The notes beneath the pieces are model-generated. The model saw only the letters and a program-made list of their open reading frames with translations. It had not been told where the DNA came from and searched no databases. A stretch of DNA of 63,308 nucleotides, filler included, from Folioceros fuciformis (Eukaryota), in NCBI GenBank assembly GCA_049999805.1. It is 7 parts of 7 records of this genome, joined end to end, with 100 filler letters (N's around TTAATTAATTAA, not from the genome) between each part and the next. Parts side by side here need not be neighbours in the genome. Positions count along the whole stretch, not along the records: positions 1 to 9,118 come from JBNGIO010004136.1; positions 9,219 to 19,475 come from JBNGIO010004139.1; 5 more parts are not named here. One strand, 5' to 3'. This document shows positions 1 through 12,289 of the stretch, piece by piece. A program made the translations under genes and the position numbers. Position 1 is the first letter of the stretch, and the number at the start of each line of letters is the position of its first letter.

Positions 1-77
1 ATACATGCTCAAATCCACATATACAGGTGTGAATCTAACCTATACATTAGCTTGTGTTGGAGAGGCATCATATTAGC

Positions 78-1240
78 TTCCCACTTCAAGGCGGTAGATA
101 AGATTGTGAGAAAGGTTCCCGCTTCAAGGCAGTAGATAAGATTGTGAGAAATTGCATACTGCTTTTTGTTATTCAAGTAAGATAATTGTAGCTTTGCGTG
201 AATTGCAAGTGCATATAGAAATACAAGTTTTAATTGTATATGGAATTCATGATGTTGGTTGGTTGTCTAAATGTTGGCCGGTTGTCTAAAGATTAAGTTA
301 TGAGAAGAATAGTTTTATGTCAATTTTATTTAAATTTGCCCAAGGAGAATGAGAGTCTAAATTAGCCAAAAACTAATAAGGATCTAAACAGTTTTTCTTT
401 TCTATAGGGAAAGATTATCTTCCAAGCTTTGTGAGCTACTATGACTCCATTTACATCTCACTTTTCAGCAGATAGTTTAAAGATCCTTAATTCCTTAAAC
501 ATTGACTTTCAAGCATAGCTCTTTCGATGGATTTTGATGATGAATAAGTGAAAGTATGTATAAAGTTGGTAAGGTGAATATGGGGAGTAAAAAGATTTTC
601 TTTTTAATTGAAAACTTAAAAAAGAGCTATGAAGTGTACAAAGGTTTTGATGTATTTGACTCCTCTGAATGTGCAATAAGTTCTTGCATTACTGGTGTAT
701 CGAGTGAAAGTGACTCCTCTAAACGTGCAATAAATATATTCAACAACTCGGGAGTGGGTAATACTGAGCCCATCTATATTAAGTCTTTGGGAATTATATC
801 TCGTTATATTATGTTAAGCCTTTGGTAATTAAATCTAGTTATATTTTGTATTACCATTATATGTGAGTGGGATTTGGGAGTGAGTAGTACTCAGCCCATC
901 TATATTAAGTCTTTGGGAATTATGTCTGGTTATACTTTGTATTACCATTATATGTGAGTGGGATTTTCTAAATAAAAATGTGTGATGTATAACATAAGAA
1001 TTCTCACTCTTGATGCACTCATGAGTATATCCATTAGTGTCCTCTTGTTAAGGAGATAGATTGGGATGATATTTTCAAATCAAATTAATATATTTAAATC
1101 TATACTAATATAATGTATATACTTTAGGTCCAAATAATTGATATCACGTACCCAAGTAGCTGTTAACTCATTATCAATCACAATGTAGCTGTTAACTCAT
1201 TATCAATCACAATGTCAGAGTGGTTTCTAACTCATTATCA
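78..1240. repeat. AT-rich intergenic region with short direct duplications
   Basis: 38-bp unit x2 at 78-151; ~50-bp duplication (agcccatctatattaagtctttgggaattat) at ~762 and ~888; 29-bp gtagctgttaactcattatcaatcacaat x2 at ~1157-1215. Confidence 0.7.
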
Positions 1241-1335
1241 ACCACTCTCTCTATAACTGGAAACCACTCTCTCTATCGGTGAGAAAAAGATGTTTCATAG
1301 GAAAGAAATGAAGATGCCAGCCAAGGTACATCGGG

Positions 1336-3566
1336 TCAATTTGCAGAACGCAAATCGACAACTCTTTTCCTGTCGGTGCCCGAAATCTTAGAATTGCGAC
1401 GGGCCCAAAGAGGCGGACACTCGTACAAAAATTGTATGCCATAGAAACCGGCGCTGTACGGTGAGTTTGGGTAAACTATAGACAAAGGANNNNNNNNNNN
1501 NNNNNNNNNNNNNNNNNNNNNNNNNNNNNNNNNNNNNNNNNNNNNNNNNNNNNNNNNNNNNNNNNNNNNNNNNNNNNNNNNNNNNNNNNTACCAGATGGG
1601 GATCTCTGCGGCCTGGAGCATACCCTGCGCGTCCCGCAGCTGGCCCTGGGTGTCCACGAACTGCACGTTTCTGTGATACGCAGCTCTTTGGAACCCGGCG
1701 GTGGGAAATTCGCCGCTGCCCATGAAGGGCTTCATGCCGTGTTTCAGGCCCGGGATGACGACGGTGTCGTCGCTGTAGTACACCTCTGCCCCCCAGTTCA
1801 AAGTGTCGGCCCTGTTCCTGAGGTGCGTGAAGAGGGAGGAGGGCCAGTATCCCACGTTCTCGTCGTTGAACTGCAGCCACCAGTTTCCCGTCCCGTTGTC
1901 CTGTGCAAGAGCGGGAGACGACAAGACGAGAGTCATGGTGTGGGCGGGAGTTGGTGCATTGCTTCAAGAATGTGACTCAAGTGTGGGATGGTGTGCTCAC
2001 CTTGAACACCCGGAGCTTGATCTCGTATTGGATGGAATCCAGATTGGAGACGGGGGCGATGCTGCCGCCTAGCAGGATTTTGTTGCTCACCTGGATGAAG
2101 CCTGGGCAGTCCAGGTTGTAGCACCCGGTGCTGCTGTAACCGTCGCTCTGCAAACCATCGAGGAAGTGAAGGTGAGGGTGATGGGATCCGTGGAGGATTG
2201 GCAGTGTGTCTGAGCATGTTTGTGTGAGGAACTTTGCTTACCGTCCAGTAGATGAAGAGTCGAGGATTTGTGTCTCCATACTTGTATGGGTAGACCTGAA
2301 GTGAAATGAAGAGATCCGCAGTTATATATGAATGCACGGGCGAGGCGCCGCATGGTGTGATCGAGAGAGAAGTCATGACGGATGTGAGGCCCCCGTACTC
2401 ACCTGCCATCCGGCTTCAATGGTGTTGAAGTCCTTGAATTGGCTGCCTCCGATGACCCAGAGCTGGGAGACGCTGAAGGCATCATTGCCAACCACAAAGG
2501 GAGCCCACGCCGACATGGTCACTTCTGTGCCTGTGTAGTTCCCGTTCAAGTATGTGTACGCATGCTGCCAGACATGAGCAACAGCCATCCTGTTATGTCA
2601 CGTCATCTGCTGGCCAGTGGCCATGGCCAGCATTGCAGCAGCACAAGACATTTACAGGGAAGTTCAAAATTGCACAAACCAGGTGCTCGTTGTTGGGATC
2701 GCCAGCAGAGGTGGGAAGGCCCCAGTTCGAAACCCCGGCCTCAGGCTTGCGATATTTTCCGACGTGGTACTTTGACAGGGAAGAGACAGCATCAGCCGGG
2801 CCAGAGCTGTGGCTGCTCACTCGGTACGGGATGCTACCGGCAGGGCACCCCCCCGGATGCTCCACCGCAAACAGCGAGTTGGCTCTCTCCATCGCGTCAA
2901 ACGAGATCTCTGTCTCATTTCCTCCTCTCGGCGATCTCAGCGGAGCAGCCTTTCCCCCACAACAACAGAAATATCCAGTCAGTCCAATCAATTGCAATTG
3001 CTGGACCACAATCCAGCCCCACCCACAAATGCACAACACCGAATTGCCATCGCTGCAGCCCCATCAAGCACCGCCCAACAATGTATAACACCGCACTGCC
3101 ATCGCCACAGCCTAATCCCACGCCGCCCACAAATGAAAAAGACAGAATTGCCTTCGCCACAGCCCAATCCACCACCGCCCACGACTGCAGGATAGGAGCT
3201 ATCAACCTGCACCGAGGTTGGAGCCGACGGCTGAAGCGCTGAAGGTACACAGCTGAGTCGATCACCATCCGAGACCTGCATTGCAATTGTGTACACAATG
3301 TCATCAGCCCACGACGCCATAGCAACCCGGAATCCATCGTTACCAACTCTGGCGCAACCTCCAGGCTCACCCACCTGGAACGTGACAATTCGCGAGGAGG
3401 AAGAAGGCGGCAGCGCCCCGAGCAACTGCAACGCCTCCCGCCGCGGAACTTCGCTGCCGACAACAATCCTATACCCCAAACAATGAACTAGCAGGGAGGA
3501 TTGGAGAAGCAGCAGCACAGCCACCACGCTGTCGCATCTCCTCCTCCCCACAGCTTTCCTGGTCAT
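1336..3566 (-). CDS. Neprosin-like (DUF239) secreted glutamic peptidase, multi-exon; 3' end uncertain because of N gap 1490-1589
   Basis: Hydrophobic signal after ATG 3566; propeptide motifs DGDRLSCVP..LQP and CPAGSIPYR; catalytic-domain motifs FSVSQLWV, NTIEAGWQV, YGDTNPRLFIYWT, TGCYNLDCPGFIQV, GNWWLQ, GYWPSSLF, WGAEV, MGSGEFP, joined by GT-AG introns. Stop is 1336 or 1388 depending on the splice hidden in the gap. Confidence 0.9.
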
Positions 3567-4413
3567 GGTTGCTGCGACTGCGTCGAATGAGACGTAGGAG
3601 GAGTAAGAACGTGAGCTTTTGTGAGAGGCGGAATGGCTTCCCGAGGAAACTTTCGCGTGGGACTCGGTCTCTGTTGAGAGACCATCTCCACCTGGCTCTC
3701 TCCCCTCCAAGGGCGCTCACTCAAGGCCCCTTTGTGTGAGCCCCACCGCGGGAGGATCGATTTTCCCCTCTCTCTTGCAGGAGCAGGGACAGGGTGTTCG
3801 TCATCACTCATCTCCACCGCCAAACACACTTTGAGCACACCAGCCGCACATCCGGGCCTTGGACCTTTACAACGGGCTGGCAGATCATTGTCTACATATG
3901 CTCGGATCCACAGTCAATGTACGAGCCTTGGTAGGCAAGTCTGGCCGGCTTGCAGGCTGCAGCCTGCTATTACTTCCTCCGCTGATATAGATCGTCACCA
4001 AACTATCTCCACGAGATCAACATGCCTGCTTTCACGACTTCCTGCCCGCAACGTGAGCAGGGGCGGAAATCTCTCTGACACCTGCTACTTGCTCATTGGC
4101 CTTCCGCTGCAGTAGTTTGATTCCTGTCTGTCGCGCTAAACCCTGGGCACGACTGTAAAAGTAGACGTCACGATCCTCTTTCAACTGCAAAAACACAGCA
4201 ACATTTCCAGGTAGCTGCCGTTCTGCAACTTCTTGTACTGGAGGTCTGCTTTTATGACGATATGCTAAATGATCTACTGCAAGTGGGTGTCCATCACGTG
4301 AGGGGCTGGTCCGGTGAAGTCTGAAAATTCGTTTGTATCGGGAACTGAGAGTTAAGAACTGGTAAAGCCTGCCTGATTTTAGGGAACAGTACAGAACATT
4401 GCATCTCCAGTAC

Positions 4414-5859
4414 TCAAGTCTGGCGCTGGAAGGACTCGCACACTGCTTCATCTCTCTGGTCACCGCCCTGACAGAAGGGGAACCGGGAGGGGCAGCTCTG
4501 CAGGCAGTTGTTGACAAAGCTGGCACGCAAGAAGTCAGAAGGGAGGTTGGAGAAAGCGGGGGGAATTTCACCAGTCAAGTAGTTTCCGTCCAAGTAGAGC
4601 TGTGAGAAGGGTACGACTTGAACTCCATCTACTGATCCTGCTGCTTTCTGAGCATACACATCCGGGATAGGGCCACTGAGGAGATTCTGGCTCAGAGTAA
4701 GCGCGGACAGCCGCACCAGCTTCCCCAGTGCAGAAGGGAGAGTTCCCCTCAACTTATTGAAGCCCAAGTCCACAACAACTAGCTCGCTTGCGACGGGGAA
4801 GAACCTTGGAAAGTAGACGGCTGTGAAGTAGTTTCTTGAGAGATTAAGCTGCTGGAGGGCTGGAAGCTTGAATGCGAATGAACCCACAATAGCCGTTAGA
4901 TTGTTGCTACTGAGATCTAGAACTTGAAGCTGAGACAGCAGCTTCACGGATCTTGGCAGCCGGCCAGAGAAAGCATTTCCCCGCAACACAACCCGCAATA
5001 ACTGGAGTGGTGGTAGCACAGGTAGGTGGCCGGACAGAAGGTTGTTACTGGCATCTAAGTATGTCAGCTGCGTAAGGTTTTCAAGCCTAGGGAGCCCCCC
5101 GGTCAAGCTGTTTCTGAAGAGATAAAGCGTGGTCAAGTTCACCAGCCTGCTAAAACTGCTGGGGATTCTTCCATCTATCTTGTTATTGCTCAGAGACAGA
5201 TACTGCAGATTCGGAAGGTACCCTAACGACACGGGGATCACTCCAGACAACAGGTTGGAAGATAGGTCTAACCACAATAGCTCCTTCAACCCGCCTAGAG
5301 AACTGGGGATCTCTCCTTCATAACGGTTCCCTGAAAAATCTGCAGACTGCAGACAACCAACAAAAACTCCAGGATTAGCCAGCCTGTGCAAAATAAAACC
5401 CACAAGAAAGAACGCCATGACACAGAGCAATGTGAAGGAAAAGCCAGCTTGAAAACATCAAGTCAGAACCATCCATACCTGTAGAGCAGAGAGATTACCC
5501 ATGTATGGAGACAAGGTGCCTTTGTACCCACCTCCACTCAGGGTCAGGCTGGTAACCCGCGAATTCCCTCCCAAAACACTGCATTGCACACCACACACGA
5601 ACGCCAGCGGTGAAGCAGACTCGCAAGGGTCGAACAAAAAATCCCATGATTCAACGCAGGAGCCGCCTGCAATTGTTTCGGGGTCCACTGCAGCCTTGAT
5701 CGCAATTAGAGCCTCGACGTCGGAACCAAGAGTAGCAGCCGCCAACTCACCCACTCCACACAGCACCAAACAGCCCACCAAAATCGACGCCAACACCCGC
5801 CTCCCAAAGGAAACTGGTCCATAAAGCCGCTGCCGGAATCCCTGCCGGAATCCTGTCAT
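4414..5859 (-). CDS. Extracellular leucine-rich repeat protein (no TM or kinase domain), 2 exons
   Basis: Signal peptide, Cys-containing N-cap (CVESWDFLFDPC...FVCGVQC), plant-type LxxLxLSxNxLSGxIP repeats, C-terminal Cys cap NNCLQSCP..FPFCQGGDQR..C; intron 5347-5478 (GT..AG). Confidence 0.9.
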
Positions 5860-7221
5860 GAGGAGCAAGCCCAACCCCTTTCCGCACGAGCATCACAGAG
5901 CAGCGATCCTCCGAGCCCTGGCAGCTCCCACCGCCGCTGCGCCTTGCCCTCCTGCAAACCCAGAACCTTCCGTGCCTCAACCTCAAACGGCCTGTGCTCC
6001 AATTGCCTGCCGGCTCTTGGAACGTTGGAACGCAAATCATCCCTCCAGCTCAGAACAAACCTATGTGTCCTCCAACTATGACGGGTGGCGGCCGCAATTT
6101 CCTGTTTTACCTGCTGCGTCTCCAGAGACTCGTGACCCCGAAGAAAGAGCCCTCGCTCAGCATACAGATATACATACAGCTTGCCCACCAGGCTCCGACA
6201 GTACGCAATCGTACACTTTATATGTACACAGCCTGCTGTCAGAGCGCAGATGCGTAAAACGCGGCACCCATTTTTGCATTTGCGACACACATCCCAACGG
6301 GTCCTTATGAGACATGACAGGAAGGAGGTTTAGCCTCCACTTTCGATTCCACTAAACACGCTGGGACGCTTTATAAACCAGGGTGCGCTACCAATGTGTC
6401 GACTATATCTGACGACGTGTGTTGCTGCGCACGGCGATGGCAGCGACTGTGTACAAATTGCGCAATAGGAAGCTTCCAGCGCAGAAAGCAGGAAGAGAGG
6501 CCGGAAGGTTCGTTCCCACTAGTGACAACATACCTCGAGGTACGAAGGTGAGGAGTTTTGATAAGCAGTCAAAAAAGACTGTCAGGTGGGTAACAAATTT
6601 TGAACTACCCGGCGTGGTATTGGGCAGGCGGGAATATTCCGGGCAGGATGCAAGGAGCGAGAGGATAAGCATGACCGCACTGTGTCAAGTCTAAAGATAG
6701 GAGGACTCCGGAATCAGCAAGCTACGGTCATTTGCACACTGAAGCCACAATTGTTTGGTGCGTGACGAATCTTGCTGAGAACGTCTCTGCGCAGAAGAGT
6801 GTTGCAATCGCTGCGTCGGTGCGGACACCTGCTCAGGTGATTCCATGTTGTGATTCTGGCTGGTCAGGGCTTCTGATTTGGATGCTTGCTGCCGAGTCGG
6901 GTGCGTTGAGGGATGAGATTTTTGAAAGGGAACTCTTAGCGTGTGATGGGATGGTGCAGAGCAGTTTTCCACTGAGTTATCTTCCGATCGGAGGAATTGC
7001 GTCTCCAGACCTCCGATCTGCAAGAAAGATCTCGAAGGTGACTCTTTGATTGATTCTTTGTGATGTGAGATGTGTCACTCTGCACGGATCGAGGAGAGTG
7101 GGATCGGTGTTGATCTTGTCTTGGCCGTGGTAGATACGATCTTGTCCTCGCGCAATTCGGTTAGAATCTTCCTAACTTGTGTGAAATTTCGCAGATTTAG
7201 GTCGGAGAAGTCGATCGAGGC

Positions 7222-7989
7222 ATGGCTCAGCAGAAACCTGCGGTCCACATCGATTTGGAATATCTGGCTGACGAGCAGGCGGAGCACGTCGTGCAGCTCA
7301 CACCGCGCGAGGCTCCTACCAAGTTGCCCTTACCCCGGTGCGCTGATACCGAAGCGGAGGATCCATTCCACACCGATCTGCTACATGTCACTCAAAAGTT
7401 GTCGGAGTTCGCTGTCGACTACACGCCGGAGGCTGTGAATCACAACCCGGAGGAGTTGGAAATCGCCGTCACTTTCGATCACAGAGGAGGAGCGAGGTGG
7501 AGATCTTTGAAGCAGTACGTTGCCGGCAGCTTCAACTCCAAGATCAAGACTCCTTCAGGGAATACTGGCGGCCTCACTTCCCGCTTCTACCTGTCGTCCC
7601 TGGAAGGAGACAAAAAGCGCGACGAGATCGCCTTCGAGTTTCTTGGGAAGGACAAGAGATCTGTCCAGACGAACTACTATACTTCTGGAGTCGGAAACCG
7701 GGAAGAAGTTCATGAGTTGGGCTTCGACTCTTCTGAAGGCTTCCATGACTATACCATCCGGTGGTACCCCTCCAAAATTGAGTGGTTTCTGGATGGCAAA
7801 TTGATCCGAACTGCTAGCCACGAGGAGGACAAGCCATTTCCGGAGAAGCCAGCTTATTTGTATGCATCCTTACTAAGTACTGCGGATGTGGACGAGGCAC
7901 AGGCAGGCCCTTTTGTTGGAGGTGACGAGCCGTACGTTCTGTCTTTCAAAAACGTGGTCGTTCCTCTGTGCAACCTGGAAGAAGCTTGA
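7222..7989 (+). CDS. EG16: GH16 endoglucanase of the EG16 clade (XTH/licheninase-related) with variant catalytic motif
   Basis: EG16-type segments AVDYTPEA, TFDHRGGARWRS, YLSSLEGDK, EFLGKDK..VQTNYYT.G.GNREE.H.LGFD, KP..LYAS; no signal peptide and no XET_C extension; single coding exon; probable 5'UTR intron 7038-7194. Confidence 0.88.
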   Translation: MAQQKPAVHIDLEYLADEQAEHVVQLTPREAPTKLPLPRCADTEAEDPFHTDLLHVTQKLSEFAVDYTPEAVNHNPEELEIAVTFDHRGGARWRSLKQYVAGSFNSKIKTPSGNTGGLTSRFYLSSLEGDKKRDEIAFEFLGKDKRSVQTNYYTSGVGNREEVHELGFDSSEGFHDYTIRWYPSKIEWFLDGKLIRTASHEEDKPFPEKPAYLYASLLSTADVDEAQAGPFVGGDEPYVLSFKNVVVPLCNLEEA

Positions 7990-8898
7990 GAGGAAAATCA
8001 GGCAAGGAATCGGCTTTCCTTTGCGGTGTCTTCATGCCAGCTGATCTAACACCGTCGTTCGGTGAACGTCGTACATATGCAGTTTGGGACAGGTATTGAG
8101 ACAGTTCCGTAAGTAGAATTATTCGTACTGGTCTCTGTAGGAGATTAACAGCTCCAGCGACTAGTAGCATATACATGTGTTATAGAAAGGACATGAGAAA
8201 AGAATCCCCACTTGTACCATCAGCTCCAAGGCCAGTTTGCACGGCAAGAATTGTTGTGGGCCATTGTCGAGGCCAAAGCAACAGAGGACACTGTCTACCA
8301 GACATAACAGCAGTCAGCAAAACTATGCACATCCATCGTTGTTGAACAGCATTCTGGACGTAAATGAAGGAAAAATCATTCCATGCTTGGACATCAATAG
8401 GCTCGTTCCAGCTGCGCTCGCATAGCCTCCAGATAAAATCAACAGCTCGCTGCTGCATCAACCCTGGCAAATCAGATACTTAGACAGGAAGGTCTTTCTG
8501 TGACGCAGAGAAAGAGGAATGCTTACCCAACTACTTGAGACTGATTGCCGTTGAGAGCTCCACAGTCCTCTCCCGAACCTGAAAAGAAGGGGGCTGCCGT
8601 GGACGACATGGCAACGCCAGCGGAAATCTCTCAGGGCAAAGTACATAGAATCGGTTCCAGTGAAAATGATGGAAAGACTGTACAGCGAGTGCAAGGCCTG
8701 TAGACGGGGATCGCATCTTCTACCATTACCTAACTCCAGCAGAGTAGAGTCACAGTGAAACCCCATCCCGTGCAAAACCTTCGTTCAAGGTCGGATTCTC
8801 CTCACCCGAAAGCGTGCTGGAGCTGCAGGTCGAGCCTCGTCATGCAAGGGCAGGCCGCGCCATCCCCAAAGCCAGATCCAGAAATTAGGTCAAGCACG

Positions 8899-9117
8899 CT
8901 AGGGCGGATTCCGGGGATTCTGCGGCAGCAGCAACTGCCGCAAGAGCTCCATCTTGTCGGCCTCGATCTTCATCATCGCATCCACAAATCTACTGAAGCT
9001 TGCGGCAAGCTCTGCGGCAGGACATCTCTGCTGCTTTCGCCGGCCCCCGCATCCGTCCTGCCTTCCCCGCTTCTTCACCTCAGTGCTCCCATTGCTCGGT
9101 CCGGCAGCCTCCCTGTC
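8899..9117 (-). CDS. C-terminal fragment of a probable trihelix transcription factor (SIP1/ASIL clade), 5' lost in gap
   Basis: Manual translation DREAAGPSNGSTEVKKRGRQDGCGGRRKQQRCPAAELAASFSRFVDAMMKIEADKMELLRQLLLPQNPRNPP*: basic NLS-like stretch, then an ELA.....F.....KIE..KME coiled-coil typical of that clade. Confidence 0.6.
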   Translation of the reverse strand, partial: DREAAGPSNGSTEVKKRGRQDGCGGRRKQQRCPAAELAASFSRFVDAMMKIEADKMELLRQLLLPQNPRNPP

Positions 9118-9118
9118 C

Positions 9119-9218
9119 NNNNNNNNNNNNNNNNNNNNNNNNNNNNNNNNNNNNNNNNNNNNTTAATTAATTAANNNNNNNNNNNNNNNNNNNNNNNNNN
9201 NNNNNNNNNNNNNNNNNN
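9119..9218. other. Artificial contig linker N44-TTAATTAATTAA-N44 (also 19476-19575, 32464-32563, 46810-46909, 53116-53215, 58330-58429)
   Basis: Identical 100-nt structure six times; the 12-mer puts stop codons in all six frames. Confidence 0.97.
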
Positions 9219-9932
9219 GTCCATAACTGCTATAAAATCATAAAAATTTTGAGTAGAAGTAATTAGAAAAACCTAAATCCCCAACTTCTACCAGCACGAG
9301 TTTGGACATGAGCCTGGAGACTCTTCAATCCCAACTTAGTGGCAGGGAGCCTGGGTTTGGCGCTGTAGGTCGAGGGTTGATTGGTGGCTTCATTCTGTAT
9401 TTGGTAGCAGGAAGATGCTGTCAGAGGAATATCCAGCAGAGTAGACAAGTCTCTGTCCTTGTGGTGGGCTCTGAGGACCTGTATGAAATCATACAGGTAT
9501 CCATGACCTGTGTAATTCTTCCAGGACAGCCTCAGCTTCTGGATTTGAACAGATTCAAAATTGCAGATGTGAATTGAACTGTAAGGGTTAGAATAGGTTA
9601 ATGCGATATCTACGTACCCGAAGGTTCTTTTCCCATCGTAGTCCACGGAACCCTAGACAAATCTTGAGAGTACAGCAAGTAAGCAAGCATCAAAGCTCTG
9701 TAGACAGGTGTTGTTCCAGCAAAATGATAGATCGAATACATGGCAACTACACCGTAACCAAGAACCCGGACTACTTCGGTGTCAACGAGGACATAATTGC
9801 CGAGCGAACAAAACTTTCCTTGCAACTACCAGCTCTTATACGCTACTTTCCTACTGGATGACATCCGGGCTGCCTGCCATGGATGAAACCTGATTCTGGA
9901 AGGCGCCAATACATCATACTACTATGGCACCT

Positions 9933-11747
9933 CTACAAGCTCATCCCTGGAACTTGAGGAACTGCGGGCTGCTTCTTCTTGCTCTTTTCAACCACTATGG
10001 CCTGTGTTGTCAGCACCATACCAGCAACAGAGGCAGCATTTTGCAGAGCACATCTCGTAACCTTAGCTGGGTCGATCACGCCAGTTTCTAGAAGGTTCTC
10101 ATACTTGTCCGTCATCGCATTGTAGCCGAATTCCCAGTCACTGCTCAAGATTTTCTCAATAACCACTGCACCTTCCACACCCGAGTTGTTGGCAATAATG
10201 GACGCAGGGGAGAGGAGAGCCTTCTGCACGATGTCAGACCCAATCTTCTCTTCGGGGTCTTCAATCTGAGCCTTTATGTCCGGAACCAAGGCCGACAGAT
10301 GAACCATTGCAGCACCCCCTCCAGGCACAATGCCTTCCTCGATCGCTGCAAAAGTGGCATTCTTGGCATCCTCGATTCTCAGCTTCCTGTCCTCAAGCTC
10401 GGCCTCAGTGGCAGCCCCGACCTTAATGACAGCAACACCACCTGACAGCTTTGCAATTCTCTCCGACAACTTCTCTGAATCGTACACAGAATCAGTCTCT
10501 GCCAGCTCCTTCTTGATCTGCGCAATACGAGCCTGGATCTCGTCTTTGGTGGCAGCATCTGCAATGATGGTTGTGCTGCTGTTGCTGATGACGACCTTCC
10601 TGGCAGTACCAAGCTGGTCACTGCTCGTGTTCTCCACTTTCATGCCAAGGTCGCTGGCCAGAAACTCGGCACCTGTTACGATGGCGATATCTTGAAGCAA
10701 AGCCTTGCGGCGCTCTCCGAACCCTGGAGCCTTGACAGCAGCAACTTGCAGAACCCCCCGCAACTTGTTGACGACCAAGGTTGCTAGCGCTTCGCCGGAC
10801 ACATCCTCCGCGATGATGAGGAGAGGCACACTGAGCTGCGTGGTTTTCTCCAAAACTGGAATGATGTCCTTGATGGTGGTGACCTTCTGGTCGGTGACAA
10901 GTACTCTCGCATTCTCGAACTCAACCAGCAACTTCTCTGGATTAGTGACAAACTGAGGCGAGATGTAACCCCTGTCAATCTCCATACCCTCCTCAACCTC
11001 CACCGTGGTCTCGAAGGAAGAGGATGACTCAATAGAAAGCACCCCATCCGAGCCCACCTTGTCAATGGCATCAGCAATCATGGTCCCCACGAAGTCATCA
11101 TTTCCGGCCGAAATGGCAGCTATGGCTTTGATATCCTCCCGGCCCTTCACAGGCCGCGCCTTCTCTGAAAGCGTCTTCACAAGCGCGGCTACAGTCTTAT
11201 CTATCCCTTTCTTGATAGCAACAGGGCTAGCACCAGAGGTAACATTCAACAAACCGAACCTGATAAGCTCGCGAGCCAACACGCATGCTGTTGTGGTACC
11301 ATCCCCTGCAGAATCATTGGTCTTGCTAGCCACCTCGCGAATAAGCGCAGCTCCTGCATTCTCCATGGCATCGGGAAGCTCGATGGCCCGGGCAATGGTA
11401 ACGCCATCGTTGATGACCTTAGGGGTACCGAACTCATCCAGCACCACGTTCCTACCCCGGGGACCTAAGGTCACCGCGACGGCGTCAGCGAGCTTGTCAA
11501 TCCCTGCCTGCAGCGCGGACCGCGACTTGCCGTCGAAACTGATGTCCTTGGCCTGGGCCCTAGCCGCAAGCGACCTCCTGCTGCCAGCCTGTGCCTTGAG
11601 CCCAGCTGCCTTGTGAACGAGCTGATTCCTGCCCTGCCAGCACCCTGACACTCGCCTTCCCGGCTTCAAAGCGGGAGCGGAGGAGCAGGAAGGAGCAGCA
11701 ACGGATGAGAGCGCGGCGCCGTTGGCAAGCATCGCATTGGCTGCCAT
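9933..11747 (-). CDS. CPN60A: Plastid chaperonin 60 alpha (RuBisCO large subunit-binding protein alpha), no coding introns
   Basis: 604-aa ORF with Ala/Ser-rich transit peptide; [73 protein letters not shown]. Confidence 0.97.
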   Translation of the reverse strand: MAANAMLANGAALSSVAAPSCSSAPALKPGRRVSGCWQGRNQLVHKAAGLKAQAGSRRSLAARAQAKDISFDGKSRSALQAGIDKLADAVAVTLGPRGRNVVLDEFGTPKVINDGVTIARAIELPDAMENAGAALIREVASKTNDSAGDGTTTACVLARELIRFGLLNVTSGASPVAIKKGIDKTVAALVKTLSEKARPVKGREDIKAIAAISAGNDDFVGTMIADAIDKVGSDGVLSIESSSSFETTVEVEEGMEIDRGYISPQFVTNPEKLLVEFENARVLVTDQKVTTIKDIIPVLEKTTQLSVPLLIIAEDVSGEALATLVVNKLRGVLQVAAVKAPGFGERRKALLQDIAIVTGAEFLASDLGMKVENTSSDQLGTARKVVISNSSTTIIADAATKDEIQARIAQIKKELAETDSVYDSEKLSERIAKLSGGVAVIKVGAATEAELEDRKLRIEDAKNATFAAIEEGIVPGGGAAMVHLSALVPDIKAQIEDPEEKIGSDIVQKALLSPASIIANNSGVEGAVVIEKILSSDWEFGYNAMTDKYENLLETGVIDPAKVTRCALQNAASVAGMVLTTQAIVVEKSKKKQPAVPQVPGMSL

Positions 11748-11918
11748 CCCTCACTTCAACCGTGCCTCCAACACAAAGGCTTGCAACGGAAACGTCGGAG
11801 CAAAGATAAAACACTCGGCCTCACAGAATGCAGCGGAGATGATGCGAGACTCAGCAGATAAGGGGTGCATTCAAGGAGAGAGGAAGCTGGCAGAAGCCCT
11901 CGTCTGGAACCTGAAACC

Positions 11919-11933
11919 AGAACGTTCTAGAGG
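11919..11933. promoter_or_regulatory. Candidate heat-shock element upstream of CPN60A
   Basis: aGAAcgTTCtaGAgg: two perfect and one imperfect inverted nGAAn units about 170 nt upstream of a chaperonin ATG. Confidence 0.4.
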
Positions 11934-12123
11934 AGGGCTTACTTGGACATCATCAATACATAATGCCGCAGTATAGTAGTGGTGCTCGCCTAAAGTCTTC
12001 CTACTTCTCCCCTCGTCGTTAAGGTGACGCGGGCTAAGCCCACTACAAACGACGTCACTACTAGCTAATCCCATAGGAAATGCTTAAAAAAAATATACCT
12101 AGTTTATTAGAGAAAGGAAATCC

Positions 12124-12289
12124 ACGCTCATCTGTTCTACAATTGCTTTAGATTTGTTGTAAATGTTATCACTGATCGTGTTCTACAATTGCTTCATGCT
12201 TGCTGTAAATCTGCCGCTGATCGTGTTCTACAATTGCTTCGGACTTGCTGTAAATCTACGCTGATCATGTTCTACAATTGCTTCATGCT
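12124..12289. repeat. ~45-bp minisatellite, ~3.6 copies
   Basis: Unit ctgatcgtgttctacaattgcttcatgcttgctgtaaatctgccg; core tgttctacaattgctt seen 4 times. Confidence 0.9.

Noticed and set aside
1336-7989. Neprosin + LRR + EG16 as a functional cell-wall or defence cluster
   Set aside because: Only adjacency supports it; EG16 lacks a signal peptide and gene density is high throughout.
9163-9174. Recurring palindrome TTAATTAATTAA (6 copies)
   Set aside because: Always centred in an N44..N44 block; an artificial six-frame-stop linker, not biological.
10330-11616. Long antisense ORFs over CPN60A (likewise over MPT, SCC4, NAC and C2-GRAM)
   Set aside because: Shadow frames caused by GC-rich codon usage; no domains.
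12124-12289. CRISPR-like look of regularly spaced repeats (also 17879-18040)
   Set aside because: The intervening sequences are themselves similar (plain tandem repeats), the context is eukaryotic, and there are no cas genes.
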